64,000 nucleotides of DNA from Planctomycetota bacterium. Its GTDB lineage: Bacteria; Planctomycetota; UBA1135; UBA2386. The notes beneath the pieces are model-generated. The model did not search any database and had not been told where the DNA came from. It saw nothing but the letters and a program-made list of their open reading frames with translations. Positions 29,398-39,252 of the stretch are shown piece after piece (position 1 is the stretch's first letter; every line of letters begins with the position of its first letter). Position numbers and translations under genes: made by a program. Where the stretch lies: the NCBI GenBank assembly GCA_965228735.1, contig OZ245838.1, positions 4,928,001 to 4,992,000 on the forward strand, written 5' to 3'.

Positions 29398-31128
29398 CTA
29401 CTTGTCGGCGCTCTCGAACTTGAGGTCGGCGCGAATGCTGCAGCCGTTGCCGGCGAACCGACCGCCGAAGTGGGTGTCGGCGTCCTTCACCGTGACATCC
29501 CACCGCGAGCCGGGCGTGACGCGATGCTCGAACCAGACGAAGCCCTTGGACCCGGCGAACCCGCGCTGCACGGGTTCGCCCTCGGGATCGCCGGCTGCGC
29601 GGAGCTCGAAGTGGACGCCGCGATCGCCCGAGTCGTCGTAGCCGTGGCCGATGCCGACCACGAGCCACGCGCGCTCGGGCGCATCGCGCGGGACCGCGAG
29701 CTCGTAGGTGACCTGACGTTCCTGCTCGGGGATGCCGAACTCGGTGTTCGGCAGCAGCTCGCGCCGCTCGAACTGATCGGCGCTGGCGGTCGGCGTGCCG
29801 CCGGTCGTCGTCAGCGCGACGGGCCCGAGCAGGCCGCCGAGTCCGCCGACGTCGTGCACGCGCAACGCGAGCACGTTGTCCTCGCCGAATCGCAACGTCG
29901 AGTTGGCGAGATGCAGCGCGATGTGGTGGTCCCAGACGCTCTGCGTCCTGCTGCCGGCCGTGTGGACCTCGGTGCCGTTGAGCCACAGCGTCCACGAGTC
30001 GGCGACGCCGCCCGTCGTGAACTGCACGTCGCGGTCGCGCCATGATTCAGGCACGAACACGCGCTGCCGCAGCCATACCTCGCCGTCGAGGTCGGCGAAC
30101 CCGAGCCGCTCCCAGGCGTCGCCGGCGGACGCGGGCCGCCATTCCGGCGCGTTGCCCGGGGCCAACTCGTCGAACTCCGGCGTGTGCCACTGCAGCTTCT
30201 CCCCGCCGCCCTGCGGGGCGGGCGCGAGGCGCCAGCCCTGCATCAGGTTGCGGGCCGGCTCCGGGTCTTCGGCAAACAGCTCGAGCTCGGCGAGCACGGG
30301 CAGATGGTCGGACGCGTTGCGCCCCTGCCAGCCGTGTGGCACGACCGCGTGTTGCCGCACGCGGATCCCGTTCTTCACGAAGACGAAGTCGATCTGGCCG
30401 CCGACGTGGGCGGGGTCCCAGCCCGACCAGGTGCCCGTCGGCCCGTAGTCGTGCTCGGCCCATGACCGCGCGTCGCGCAGCGCGAGCGCGCGGTCCTGGC
30501 CGTCTTCGGCGCCGCCGCGGACGATCGTGCGATACGGGGTCGACCAGCGGTCGCAGTTGAAGTCACCCATGAGCACCGTCGGCGCGTCGCCCGCGATCTC
30601 CCGGATCTTCTCGACGAGCAGCTCGGCGCTCTGCTCGCGCGCGTGCGCCGAGCGGTGGTCGAAGTGGGTGTTGAACACGAAGAACACCGAACCCGTCGCG
30701 AGCGAACGGAACTCGCACCACGTGCAGATGCGACGCAGCGATGCGCCCCACGCACGGCTCGGCCGGTCGGGGGTCGGCGAGAGCCAGAACGTCGCGCCAT
30801 TCGTGCGTTCGAGCGCGTTCTTGTTCCAGTAGATCGTCGAGCGCTCGCCGCCGGCGCGGCCGTCGCGCCCCTCGCCGAACGAATCGTAGTCGGGCAGTGC
30901 TGCGTGCAGGTCGACGATCTGCCTCCACAGCGCCTCCTGCACGCCGAACACATCGACCCGGTGCAGCCGCAGCAGCCCGGCGACGCGGTGGCGGCGGAAC
31001 TCCCAGCGGTTCTCGCCGTCGCGTTCGTTGTGGTAGCGGATGTTGAACGACGCGACGCGCAGCGTGTCCTGGGCGACGAGGTCGGTCGCCAGGGCCACGG
31101 CGCCGAGCAGAGGAAGGAGCGACTTCAC
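29398..31128 (-). CDS. Endonuclease/exonuclease/phosphatase family protein fused to a GH2-type sugar-binding domain
   Basis: SFNIRY, GVQE, NTHFDH, MGDFN, IDFVF, SDHLPV; then DGEVWLRQRVFVPESW...GEDNVLALRVHDVGGLGG. Confidence 0.88.
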   Translation of the reverse strand: MKSLLPLLGAVALATDLVAQDTLRVASFNIRYHNERDGENRWEFRRHRVAGLLRLHRVDVFGVQEALWRQIVDLHAALPDYDSFGEGRDGRAGGERSTIYWNKNALERTNGATFWLSPTPDRPSRAWGASLRRICTWCEFRSLATGSVFFVFNTHFDHRSAHAREQSAELLVEKIREIAGDAPTVLMGDFNCDRWSTPYRTIVRGGAEDGQDRALALRDARSWAEHDYGPTGTWSGWDPAHVGGQIDFVFVKNGIRVRQHAVVPHGWQGRNASDHLPVLAELELFAEDPEPARNLMQGWRLAPAPQGGGEKLQWHTPEFDELAPGNAPEWRPASAGDAWERLGFADLDGEVWLRQRVFVPESWRDRDVQFTTGGVADSWTLWLNGTEVHTAGSRTQSVWDHHIALHLANSTLRFGEDNVLALRVHDVGGLGGLLGPVALTTTGGTPTASADQFERRELLPNTEFGIPEQERQVTYELAVPRDAPERAWLVVGIGHGYDDSGDRGVHFELRAAGDPEGEPVQRGFAGSKGFVWFEHRVTPGSRWDVTVKDADTHFGGRFAGNGCSIRADLKFESADK

Positions 31129-31143
31129 GCCCGCAGGATACGG

Positions 31144-32406
31144 CTACCGGATCACGTAGCCGGCGTCGTGGCGCTGCAGTTTCTGTAAGTTGACGGTCGC
31201 GATGGCGCGGACGAGGTCGATGATCGGCGCCCGGGACGCGAAGACGGCGACCGGCTGCGGTTTGGCTCGCGATGCATCGATCGTTGCGTCGAGCTCGCCG
31301 ACGAACGCGAGGAAATCGCCGGGCAGCATGCCTTCGGAAGTCGTCGACGTCGTCGTGCCGGGGTCCTTCGTCGCGATGAGGCGATGGACGTTCGCGTCCA
31401 CCGACTCGACGTCCGCGCGCAGCACGGCGGCGGCCGTGGCGAGCAGATCGGCACGCGCGGGATGCCACAGGCTGCCGAGGAACTTGCCGTCGAGGTTCGG
31501 GGCGACGATCAGGTTCTGGCCTGCGATGAGCGCCCAGGTGTCGAGCAGGTTCGCCGCCGGGGCTGCGGTCTCGGTGTTCATCGTCAGCGGCATGGCGGCG
31601 GTCGCGCCAGCCGGTCGCAGGGCGACGACGACGCCGCAGCCGGTCGGCCGGAGACCCGCGGCTTTCGCCGCTGCGGCGAGCAGCGCGCGCCACGGCACGT
31701 CCTCGACCGCGATGTCGAAGCGCGCGTCACGGGCCGCCGGCATGACGAGATCGATGCCGGTCTGCGCGTGCAGCTTCTTGCCGAGGGCGGTGAGTGTCAG
31801 TCCCTTGGCCGTGAGCGTGATGCGGGCACGCTCGGGCGACGGCGGGCGCGCGTCGGGGTGATCGTCGACGAGGAACACCCGGCCGAACTGCCGGATGGAG
31901 CCGCCGCATTCGTGCGCGATCCGTTCCAGGGCTTCCGCGAAACCGCAGTCCGCGAGGTCGACGCGCGACTCCCGTCCCAGACCTGGGAAACGGGTGTCGA
32001 CGACGACTCGTTCGTGGGTTGCTGCCGCGAGCGCGATGAGGCGTTCTTCGGCGGGCATCGGACCCGGGTCCTCGATCGCCTCGATCTGCGCGCGGACCGT
32101 GGCCGTAGTGATCGCGATCGCCTGCGGGTCCTGGCCAGTGTCGCCCGTGGGCCCAGCCGGGGGTGCCGCCCGGGTCGTGGCACCCGAATGCTCGAGCCAC
32201 GCGACGCCGAACACCGCGGTCGCGCCGAGCAGCAGGGCCGCGGCCGGCAGCAGAACCGAACGGCGGCGACGCGGCGCTTCGGCGCCGCACGCGCTGCGGA
32301 TCGTTGCCGCGAGCCCGGCCGGCGTGCCGCGACCGCACGCAGCCTCGAGCGCGGCATCGAGTTCGCGCGTGCGGACCGTGTCGAGAGTCGATTGGGCGTC
32401 GTTCAT
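31144..32406 (-). CDS. Putative anti-sigma factor with TM and STN/secretin-N-like periplasmic repeats
   Basis: Directly downstream of the ECF gene; N-terminal LDAALE, one TM, repeats such as DVPWRALLAA and FAEALERIA. Confidence 0.6.
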   Translation of the reverse strand: MNDAQSTLDTVRTRELDAALEAACGRGTPAGLAATIRSACGAEAPRRRRSVLLPAAALLLGATAVFGVAWLEHSGATTRAAPPAGPTGDTGQDPQAIAITTATVRAQIEAIEDPGPMPAEERLIALAAATHERVVVDTRFPGLGRESRVDLADCGFAEALERIAHECGGSIRQFGRVFLVDDHPDARPPSPERARITLTAKGLTLTALGKKLHAQTGIDLVMPAARDARFDIAVEDVPWRALLAAAAKAAGLRPTGCGVVVALRPAGATAAMPLTMNTETAAPAANLLDTWALIAGQNLIVAPNLDGKFLGSLWHPARADLLATAAAVLRADVESVDANVHRLIATKDPGTTTSTTSEGMLPGDFLAFVGELDATIDASRAKPQPVAVFASRAPIIDLVRAIATVNLQKLQRHDAGYVIR

Positions 32407-33021
32407 TCAGTCGTCTCCGAGGCTCTGGCGAATGCAGGCGGCGAGCCACCGGCGGGTGCGGGCGAGCAGCGTCTTCACTCCGTTCTGCGCGAGGCCGAGC
32501 GTAGTCGCGATCTCCGCGCGGCCGCGACCTTCGCCGTAACTCAGCTGCACGGCGCGCGCGGCCCGACCCTCGAGCCTGGCGACGCAGCGCCGGGCGGCGG
32601 CGACCAGGGCGTCTTCGGAATCCGGTTCGTGGCCGCCGTCGGCCAGTGCGGTCCGTTCGACCCAGCGTTGCTCGGTCAGTGCCGCGATCGCGGCTTCGGC
32701 GCGCCGATCACTGCGCCGCGTCTGCAGCCAGAGAAAGCGGACCGACTTGCGCAGGAACGTCGCGAGCGCGCCGGGCGGCAGGTCGTGCTTGCCCTTGCGC
32801 CACGCGACGACGAACGCCTCCTGCGTGAGGTCGGCCGCGAGCTCACGGTCCGCGCCGAGCGTCCGCGCGAAGCGGTAGATCGCGTCGACGTGCCGCCCGA
32901 TCGGGTCGGCGTCGCTGGCCTTGGAAAGGGGGCCGCGCGACGCCGCGGCGTCGTCAGGTTCGGGTTCGGAGCGGCGCGCGCTGCGTTCGAGCTCGCCCGC
33001 ATCGATCGAGAAGACCTGCAT
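32407..33021 (-). CDS. ECF RNA polymerase sigma factor
   Basis: IYRFAR...AADLTQEAF; AEIATTLG...VKTLLARTRRWL. Confidence 0.88.
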   Translation of the reverse strand: MQVFSIDAGELERSARRSEPEPDDAAASRGPLSKASDADPIGRHVDAIYRFARTLGADRELAADLTQEAFVVAWRKGKHDLPPGALATFLRKSVRFLWLQTRRSDRRAEAAIAALTEQRWVERTALADGGHEPDSEDALVAAARRCVARLEGRAARAVQLSYGEGRGRAEIATTLGLAQNGVKTLLARTRRWLAACIRQSLGDD

Positions 33022-33105
33022 CCTGCGAATACCTGCCGAAACGGCGCCAGGGTATCCGCGTTTCCCCGAAATCGCCGTGAACGAACCGAACCCGGTATCT
33101 TCGTC

Positions 33106-33522
33106 TCAGCGCACGACGACGTCGTAGACCTGAATCCGCGCGGCCGCCGGGGAGAGCACTTCGTCCACGGCGCGCTGATGCACCGGGTGCACGATGTAGT
33201 CGGCGAGCGCCTGAGCGTTGCGGAAGCGCATGACGAACGCGATGTCGAAGCTGTCGTCGACGACCTCGTTGTCGTTCGGCAGCGGCGGCCCGGCACTCAT
33301 CGAAACGATTCCCGGGATCTCGGCCGCGAGTTCGTCGCCGGCGGCCCGGATGCGCGCGAGCGCCGCCTCGTCGCCCGGCTGCTTCAGCCACATGAGCACG
33401 ACGTGCTCGACCTGGAACGCCGCGGGCCGGTGCGGGCCGAACGCCGAGCACGCGCCGAGTGCCGAGCAGGCGAGGAACAGGGCCGCGAGTACCGAGAGCC
33501 GAGCGAGGCGAGCCAACTTCAT
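33106..33522 (-). CDS. Dabb (stress-responsive A/B barrel) family protein, probably exported
   Basis: VEHVVLMWLK, IPGI, FDIAFVMRF, YIVHPVH. Confidence 0.85.
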   Translation of the reverse strand: MKLARLARLSVLAALFLACSALGACSAFGPHRPAAFQVEHVVLMWLKQPGDEAALARIRAAGDELAAEIPGIVSMSAGPPLPNDNEVVDDSFDIAFVMRFRNAQALADYIVHPVHQRAVDEVLSPAAARIQVYDVVVR

Positions 33523-33543
33523 CGCCGGGACTCTACAAGCAGA

Positions 33544-33658
33544 TGGCGGTGCCGAACCCGCTTCAAATCCGCCACGCTGTCGGTGCCGCAACCCGCGGTC
33601 CCGCAGTCGCCACGGCGCGTCGACGGGCGGCGGATTCGAAGCGGGTTCGGTACCGCCA
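33544..33658. repeat. Paired 31-bp inverted-repeat element, copy B (115 bp)
   Basis: tggcggtgccgaacccgcttcaaatccgcca (33544-33574), 53-bp spacer, inverted arm 33628-33658. Confidence 0.9.
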
Positions 33659-33675
33659 AGTCGTATCGCCGTTCT

Positions 33676-35340
33676 CTACAGGCCGACCACGGATGCGAGC
33701 CACATCGCGCCGATCGTCAGCAGCAGCAGCTGGACCATGAGCGGCAGGATGAAGCGGATCCAGCGGCCATAGGGCACGCGGCCGAGCGCGAGCATGCCCA
33801 TGAGCAGCGCGTTCGTCGGGACGACCATGTTCATGAAGCCGTCGCCCGTCTGGTATGCGAGCACCGCGGTCTGGCGCGAGACGCCCGTGACTTCGGCGAG
33901 CGGCGCCATGATCGGCATCGTGACGTAGGCCTGCCCCGACCCGGAGGGAATGAAGAAGTTGGTCACGCACTGCACGCCCAGCATGCCGATCGACGCGACG
34001 AACGCGCCGGCGCCGTCAATGGTCTCGGCGATGCCGTGGATCACCGTGTCGATGACCTGGCCGTCGGAGAGCACGACCTCGATCGTGCGCGCGACGCCGA
34101 TGAGCAGCGCGGTCGTCGTCATCTCCGCGGCACCTTCGCAGAACTTGCGGGCGACGAGGTTGGGGCTGAGCGTGCCGACGACCGCGGCGGCGATGCCGAG
34201 GCCGACGAAGACGGCCATGAGTTCGGTGAAGTACCAGCCCTGCTCGGCGACCCCGTAAACGATCAGCACGATCGCGCCGACGAACAGGCCGAGGACGACG
34301 AGTCGTTGCGGCGTCAGCGCCGTGTCCTCGGGGATCGCGTAGCCCTCCGAGTAGTCGACGTCGCGCACGAGGCTGCGTTCCGGGTCGGCCTGGACCCGTC
34401 GCGCGTAGCGGGTGATGTGAAGCACGCCGAGCACGACCGCCGCGAGCATGAACACGACGCGGAACTCCCAGCCGGAGGCCGGTTCGACTCCCGCGATGTC
34501 CTGCGCGATCAGCACGGTGAACGGGTTGAGGGCCGCGCACCCGTAGCCGACGCCAGCGCCGATGTAGACGATGCCGAGCGCGACAACCGCGTCCATCTTC
34601 AGCGCGAGACTCAATGTCACGAGCAGCGGAATGAACGGCATGTACTCCTCGGCCATGCCGATCGTCGACGAGCCGATTGCGAACAGCAGCGTCATCACCG
34701 CGATGAGCGCGACCGGGCGGGTCGCGAAGTTGCGGATCGCCTGGCCGATGAGCGCATCGATCGCGCCGGTGGCGCGCAGGACCGCGATCACACCCCCGAC
34801 GATGAAAACGAAGAAGATGATGAGCGACGTATCCTCGTCACTGAGCGCTTTCGGCAGCAGCGAGAGCGCGGCGTGCCACGGCAGGTGTTCGCCGCCCTCG
34901 ACCGTGTGGTACGAGTCAGGCAGCACGCGCGCCTTGCCGCCGATGCTGCTCTTCCAGGCCTGGACCTGTGCTGGCGTCGGGGTCGTTTCGGTCTCGATCC
35001 AGGCGTGGAGCAGCGCCCCGACGGCGGCTTCGATGTGACTCCCCGGTCGCCAGGACTCGCCTGCGGTGCGCGGACCCGCCTCCCATTGTGCGACCGTGTC
35101 CTCGGACACCGCGAAGATGCCCGCGACGTCCGCGATCGACAACTCGCGTTCGGCGCGCGCCGCGGCCAGCCGCTCCCGCAGCGGCGCCTTGCCCGCGACC
35201 TCGGTGTAGGCCGAGCCCTTGCTCGGCATCGGCTCCTTCTCGAACTTGCCCTGCGGCAGGAGGTAGGTCGCGATCTGCGCCAGGACGACCATGGCGAAGA
35301 TCAAGACCAGCGGGTGCGGAAACCGGCTCGGCGTGTTCAC
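33676..35340 (-). CDS. YfcC family (DcuC-like) transporter with an inserted HTH-like segment
   Basis: [48 protein letters not shown]. Confidence 0.9.
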   Translation of the reverse strand: MNTPSRFPHPLVLIFAMVVLAQIATYLLPQGKFEKEPMPSKGSAYTEVAGKAPLRERLAAARAERELSIADVAGIFAVSEDTVAQWEAGPRTAGESWRPGSHIEAAVGALLHAWIETETTPTPAQVQAWKSSIGGKARVLPDSYHTVEGGEHLPWHAALSLLPKALSDEDTSLIIFFVFIVGGVIAVLRATGAIDALIGQAIRNFATRPVALIAVMTLLFAIGSSTIGMAEEYMPFIPLLVTLSLALKMDAVVALGIVYIGAGVGYGCAALNPFTVLIAQDIAGVEPASGWEFRVVFMLAAVVLGVLHITRYARRVQADPERSLVRDVDYSEGYAIPEDTALTPQRLVVLGLFVGAIVLIVYGVAEQGWYFTELMAVFVGLGIAAAVVGTLSPNLVARKFCEGAAEMTTTALLIGVARTIEVVLSDGQVIDTVIHGIAETIDGAGAFVASIGMLGVQCVTNFFIPSGSGQAYVTMPIMAPLAEVTGVSRQTAVLAYQTGDGFMNMVVPTNALLMGMLALGRVPYGRWIRFILPLMVQLLLLTIGAMWLASVVGL

Positions 35341-35480
35341 GGCCGCATCATGGACGAGCCGCGTTCCTGTGTCATGCGTCATGGCTTCGGTGGGTTGCGC
35401 GCGGTAGAACTGCCGGATCGCGCTCCGATGCGCCTTGCCCTGCCGATGGCCACGCTTCCCCATTTCCCCGGTCCGCGACG

Positions 35481-36548
35481 ATGAGTCGGCGCCACGAAGA
35501 TCAGTCGCCGGCCGGTCGCAAGAAGCGCGGCAAGGTCGGTTCGACGCGCCCGACGAAGAAAGGGCCCGCGAAGAAGGGCCCAACCACGAAGGGTCCGGCC
35601 AAGAAGAGTCCGGCCACGAAGGGTCCGGCCAAGAAGGGTCCGACGAAGAAGGGTCCAACCAAGAAGGGTCCGGCCAAGAAGGCTTGGACGAAGAAGCCGT
35701 CGCCGGCGCAGCGCAGTTCGACGACGCGTCGCATGGGCAGCGCGCGGCGGCAGACCGGTCTCGTCGTCACGAGCGCCGGACCCGCGGCGGCGAAGACGGC
35801 GAGCGACGGCAAGGTTCGGCTCAACCAGTTCCTCGCGCAGTGCGGCATCGCGAGCCGGCGCGGTGCGGACGAGCTCATCGCAGCGGGCCGTATCGAGCTC
35901 AACGGCGAGATCGTGCGCGAGCTCGGCACCCGCGTCGACCCGCAGGGCGACGAGGTGCTCTACGACGGCAAGCCCGTGCGCCAGGAGAAGGCGGTCTACG
36001 TGCTCTTCAACAAGCCGAAGGGCGTCGTGTGCACCAATTCACGGCAGGAGCAGAAGAAGCGCGTCATCGACTTCATGCCGACGGTGCGCGGCCGGCTCTT
36101 CACCGTCGGGCGGCTCGACCTCGACAGCGAGGGCGCGATCCTACTGACGAACGACGGCCCGTTCGCGCAGGAGATGACGCACCCGCGCTATGGCGTTCCC
36201 AAGCTCTACAACGTGATCCTGCGCGGGCGCGTGAGCCAGGAAGAGCTGCAGCGTGCGCGCGGTGGCGTGTGGCTCAGCGAAGGCCCGACCGCCGGGATGC
36301 AGCTGCGGGTCGCACGCGCGACGCGCGACAAGACCTACCTCAAGGTCACGCTGCGCGAGGGCAAGAATCGTGAGATCCGACGGGTGTTCGCCAAGCTCGG
36401 CTTCCCCGTCGTCACCCTGAAGCGGATCCGGATCGGCGAGCTGACGCTGCACGGCCTCGGGGTCGGCAAGTGGCGATTCGTTCAGCTGCACGAGATCCAG
36501 GAACTCCGACAACTGGCGCGCCGCGACGAGCTGCCCGCCGAGGAATGA
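35481..36548 (+). CDS. RluB/RsuA family pseudouridine synthase with Lys-rich repetitive N-terminus
   Basis: S4 domain [38 protein letters not shown]. Confidence 0.92.
   Translation: MSRRHEDQSPAGRKKRGKVGSTRPTKKGPAKKGPTTKGPAKKSPATKGPAKKGPTKKGPTKKGPAKKAWTKKPSPAQRSSTTRRMGSARRQTGLVVTSAGPAAAKTASDGKVRLNQFLAQCGIASRRGADELIAAGRIELNGEIVRELGTRVDPQGDEVLYDGKPVRQEKAVYVLFNKPKGVVCTNSRQEQKKRVIDFMPTVRGRLFTVGRLDLDSEGAILLTNDGPFAQEMTHPRYGVPKLYNVILRGRVSQEELQRARGGVWLSEGPTAGMQLRVARATRDKTYLKVTLREGKNREIRRVFAKLGFPVVTLKRIRIGELTLHGLGVGKWRFVQLHEIQELRQLARRDELPAEE
35553..35700 (+). repeat. About 9 tandem 15-bp units encoding (K/T)KGP(A/T)
   Basis: Units such as aagaagggtccggcc and acgaagggtccggcc. Confidence 0.85.
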
Positions 36549-38005
36549 ACATGACGGATGCGTTGATGCTCCCGGACGTCCGGGAGGTCGAACTCGACAA
36601 CGGCTTTCGCGCGTTGCTCGTGCAGCGCGGCCCGCTGCCCGTGGTCGCGTCGGTGCTCTGGTATGCGGTCGGTGCGCGCGACGAGCGCACGGGCGAGACC
36701 GGGGTCTCGCACTTCCTCGAACACATGATGTTCAAGGGCACCGAGCACTTCAAGAAGGGCGAGATCGACCTGCTCACGAGCAAGATGGGCGGCAGCAACA
36801 ATGCGTTCACCGACAACGACAGCACGGCGTACTACTTCACGCTCGCGTCGGATCGGTGGGAGACCGCGCTCGAGATCGAGTCGAGCCGGATGCGCAGCTG
36901 TCTGCTCGACCCGCAAGAGTTCGCGAGCGAGAAGAACGTCGTGCTCGAAGAGCTCGCGATGGGCGAGGACGAGCCGTGGCGGCCGTTGTTCCAGGCCTGC
37001 GAGGGGCTGCTGTGGCAGGTGCATCCGTATCACCACCCCGTGATCGGGTACCGCGAGGACCTGGAGCGGCTCGGGCCGGCGGGCATGCGCGACTACTACG
37101 ACCGGAACTACGGGCCCAACCGCGCGTTCCTCACGGTCGTCGGCGCGATCGACGAGCAGCGCACGATCGATCGGATCCAGGAGCTGTTCGGCGGCCTGCC
37201 GCGCGCGCAGGACCGGACGTCGCCGCTCAAGGAGCCGGCGCCGGCCGGTGAGCGGCGCGGGATGTTGCGGACGCCGCACTCGGTGACGCGTTTCTGCATC
37301 GGCTTCCCGACGTGTCGCATGGGCGAGCGCGACGACTACGCGCTCGACCTGCTCGCGCACGATCTCGGCAACAGCAAGAACAGCCGGCTCTACAAGCGCC
37401 TCGTGCTGCAGGACGAGCTCGTCACGGACATCAGCGTGATCAACGAGACGCGGCAGGATCCGGGCGGTCTGTTCATCATGGGCGAGCTGCGCCAGGGCGC
37501 CGATCCGCAGCAGGTCGAGAGCGCGATCCGCGAAGAGGTCGCGCAGCAGATTGAGGCCGGCGTCAAGAAGTCTGACCTGCAGCGGATCCGGACGCAGATC
37601 ACCGCGTCGTTCTTGTTCCAGGACGAGTCGGTGCTCGATCAGGCGATGAAGATCGCGCGGTTCCAGGCCGGCACGCCGGGTGGGTATCGCACGCTCGAGG
37701 ACGTGCTGCCGACCTATGAATCGCTCACGGCGCGTGAGCTGAAGCAGGTCGCGGCGCGGTATCTCGACTTCGATCACGCGGCGGTCGTCTGGGCCTTGCC
37801 GGCGCGTCCGCCGGCGCCGGTGCAGAACGGCCGCGCTGCCCGATCCCCGAGCCGCAAGCGGCCGGCAGCGTCCAAGCCGAAGGCCAAGCCCAAGCCCAAA
37901 GCCAAGGCGAAGCCCAAGGCCAAGGCGAAGAAGCCGACCTCGAAGTCGGCCAAGAAGACCGCGAAGAAGTCGTCCAGGAAGACGGCGAAGAAGGTGCGGC
38001 GATGA
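36545..38005 (+). CDS. M16B (pitrilysin) zinc peptidase, catalytic subunit, with histone-like Lys/Ala tail
   Basis: HFLEHMMFKG (HXXEH); NAFT; EKNVVLEE; tail PKAKPKPKAK...KKTAKK. Confidence 0.93.
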   Translation: MNMTDALMLPDVREVELDNGFRALLVQRGPLPVVASVLWYAVGARDERTGETGVSHFLEHMMFKGTEHFKKGEIDLLTSKMGGSNNAFTDNDSTAYYFTLASDRWETALEIESSRMRSCLLDPQEFASEKNVVLEELAMGEDEPWRPLFQACEGLLWQVHPYHHPVIGYREDLERLGPAGMRDYYDRNYGPNRAFLTVVGAIDEQRTIDRIQELFGGLPRAQDRTSPLKEPAPAGERRGMLRTPHSVTRFCIGFPTCRMGERDDYALDLLAHDLGNSKNSRLYKRLVLQDELVTDISVINETRQDPGGLFIMGELRQGADPQQVESAIREEVAQQIEAGVKKSDLQRIRTQITASFLFQDESVLDQAMKIARFQAGTPGGYRTLEDVLPTYESLTARELKQVAARYLDFDHAAVVWALPARPPAPVQNGRAARSPSRKRPAASKPKAKPKPKAKAKPKAKAKKPTSKSAKKTAKKSSRKTAKKVRR

Positions 38006-39252
38006 GGGCGGACATCCAGCTCGAGATCGGGGAGCGGCAGCTGAAGAACGGCCTGACGCTCCTCGCGGTGCGCAACGAGCGAGTGCAGACGTTCGCCAGC
38101 GTGGTATCGCTCGATGTGCGTGCGGCCGACGAGCCCGAGGATCGCTGCGGGCTCGCGAGCCTCGTCGGTTCCTGCCTCGACGAAGGCACGGCGAAGTACG
38201 ACGATCTCGCATTCGCGAAGGCGGCGGAGGCATGCGGCGCGTCCCTGGATGGCAGCAGCTCGGGCGGCGTCGTGATGGCGCCGGCGACGGCGCAGAAGCC
38301 GGCGCTCGCGTTGCTGCGCGAGATGGTGCTGCGGCCGACGTTCCCGAGTCGCGAGTGCAAGCGCGTGCAGGCCGAGACGCTGACCGAACTGGCGGCGGAG
38401 GCCGACGACCCGCGCTCGGTCGCGGCGCGACGCTTTCGCAAGCAGGTCTACGGTGACCATCCGCACGGGCGGCCGTCGCAGGGCACGCCCGACACCGTTG
38501 CCGCGCTGCAGCCGAAGCATCTGCGGGCGTTTCACAAGAGTTGGTTCCAGCCGCACGGCGGCTACGTCGCGATCTCGGCGCCGGACGAGGTCGAGGCCTC
38601 GCTCGATCGCCTGGAGAAGACGTTCAAGAACTTTCGCGGCGGGCCGGTCGAGCATCCGGAGTACCCCGCGGTCGAGCTGCCGGCCGAGCCGTTCAACATG
38701 CACGTCGCGATGCCGCGCGAGCAGGTGCACGTCTTTCTCGGGCACCTCGGCCTGAAGCGCACGGATCCGGACTTCTACGTGCTGTCGGTGATGGACCACA
38801 TCCTCGGGACCGGCCCCGGCTTCACCTCGCGGTGTGCGCGCAAGCTGCGTGACGAGCAGGGCCTGTGCTACGCGGTGAGCGCGGGTATCACGCCGAGCGC
38901 GGGGTTGCAGCCCGGCACGTTCACGGCCTACATCGGCACGTCGCCGGAGCACCGCCAGCGCGCGATCGACGGCTTCCTCGCGGAGATCGATCGCATCCGG
39001 CGCGAGCCGCCGACCGAGCAGGAGCTGCAGGACGTGAAGCAATACCTGACCGGCAGCTTCGTGTTCGCCCTCGAACGCAACAGCAACCTCGCGTCCTACG
39101 CGGTGCGGGCGAAGCGCTTCGGGCTCGGCTTCGACTTCATCCATCGTTACCCCGACCTCGTGCGATCGGTGACCGTCGAGCAGGTGCGGGAGGCCGCCGA
39201 GCGGCATCTGCATCCGGATCGCATTGCGGTGATCAGCGCGGGGGCGAGTTGA
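38002..39252 (+). CDS. M16B peptidase non-catalytic partner subunit
   Basis: Lacks HXXEH; ILG.G..FTSR...LRDEQGLCY R/Y motif. Confidence 0.9.
   Translation: MRADIQLEIGERQLKNGLTLLAVRNERVQTFASVVSLDVRAADEPEDRCGLASLVGSCLDEGTAKYDDLAFAKAAEACGASLDGSSSGGVVMAPATAQKPALALLREMVLRPTFPSRECKRVQAETLTELAAEADDPRSVAARRFRKQVYGDHPHGRPSQGTPDTVAALQPKHLRAFHKSWFQPHGGYVAISAPDEVEASLDRLEKTFKNFRGGPVEHPEYPAVELPAEPFNMHVAMPREQVHVFLGHLGLKRTDPDFYVLSVMDHILGTGPGFTSRCARKLRDEQGLCYAVSAGITPSAGLQPGTFTAYIGTSPEHRQRAIDGFLAEIDRIRREPPTEQELQDVKQYLTGSFVFALERNSNLASYAVRAKRFGLGFDFIHRYPDLVRSVTVEQVREAAERHLHPDRIAVISAGAS

Noticed and set aside
31384..35484. Very long alternative-frame ORFs (e.g. 31384-35484 +, 13238-16627 -, 41047-44700 -, 363-2186 +)
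   Set aside because: Antisense shadows of real high-GC genes; Arg/Ala-rich with no family motifs.
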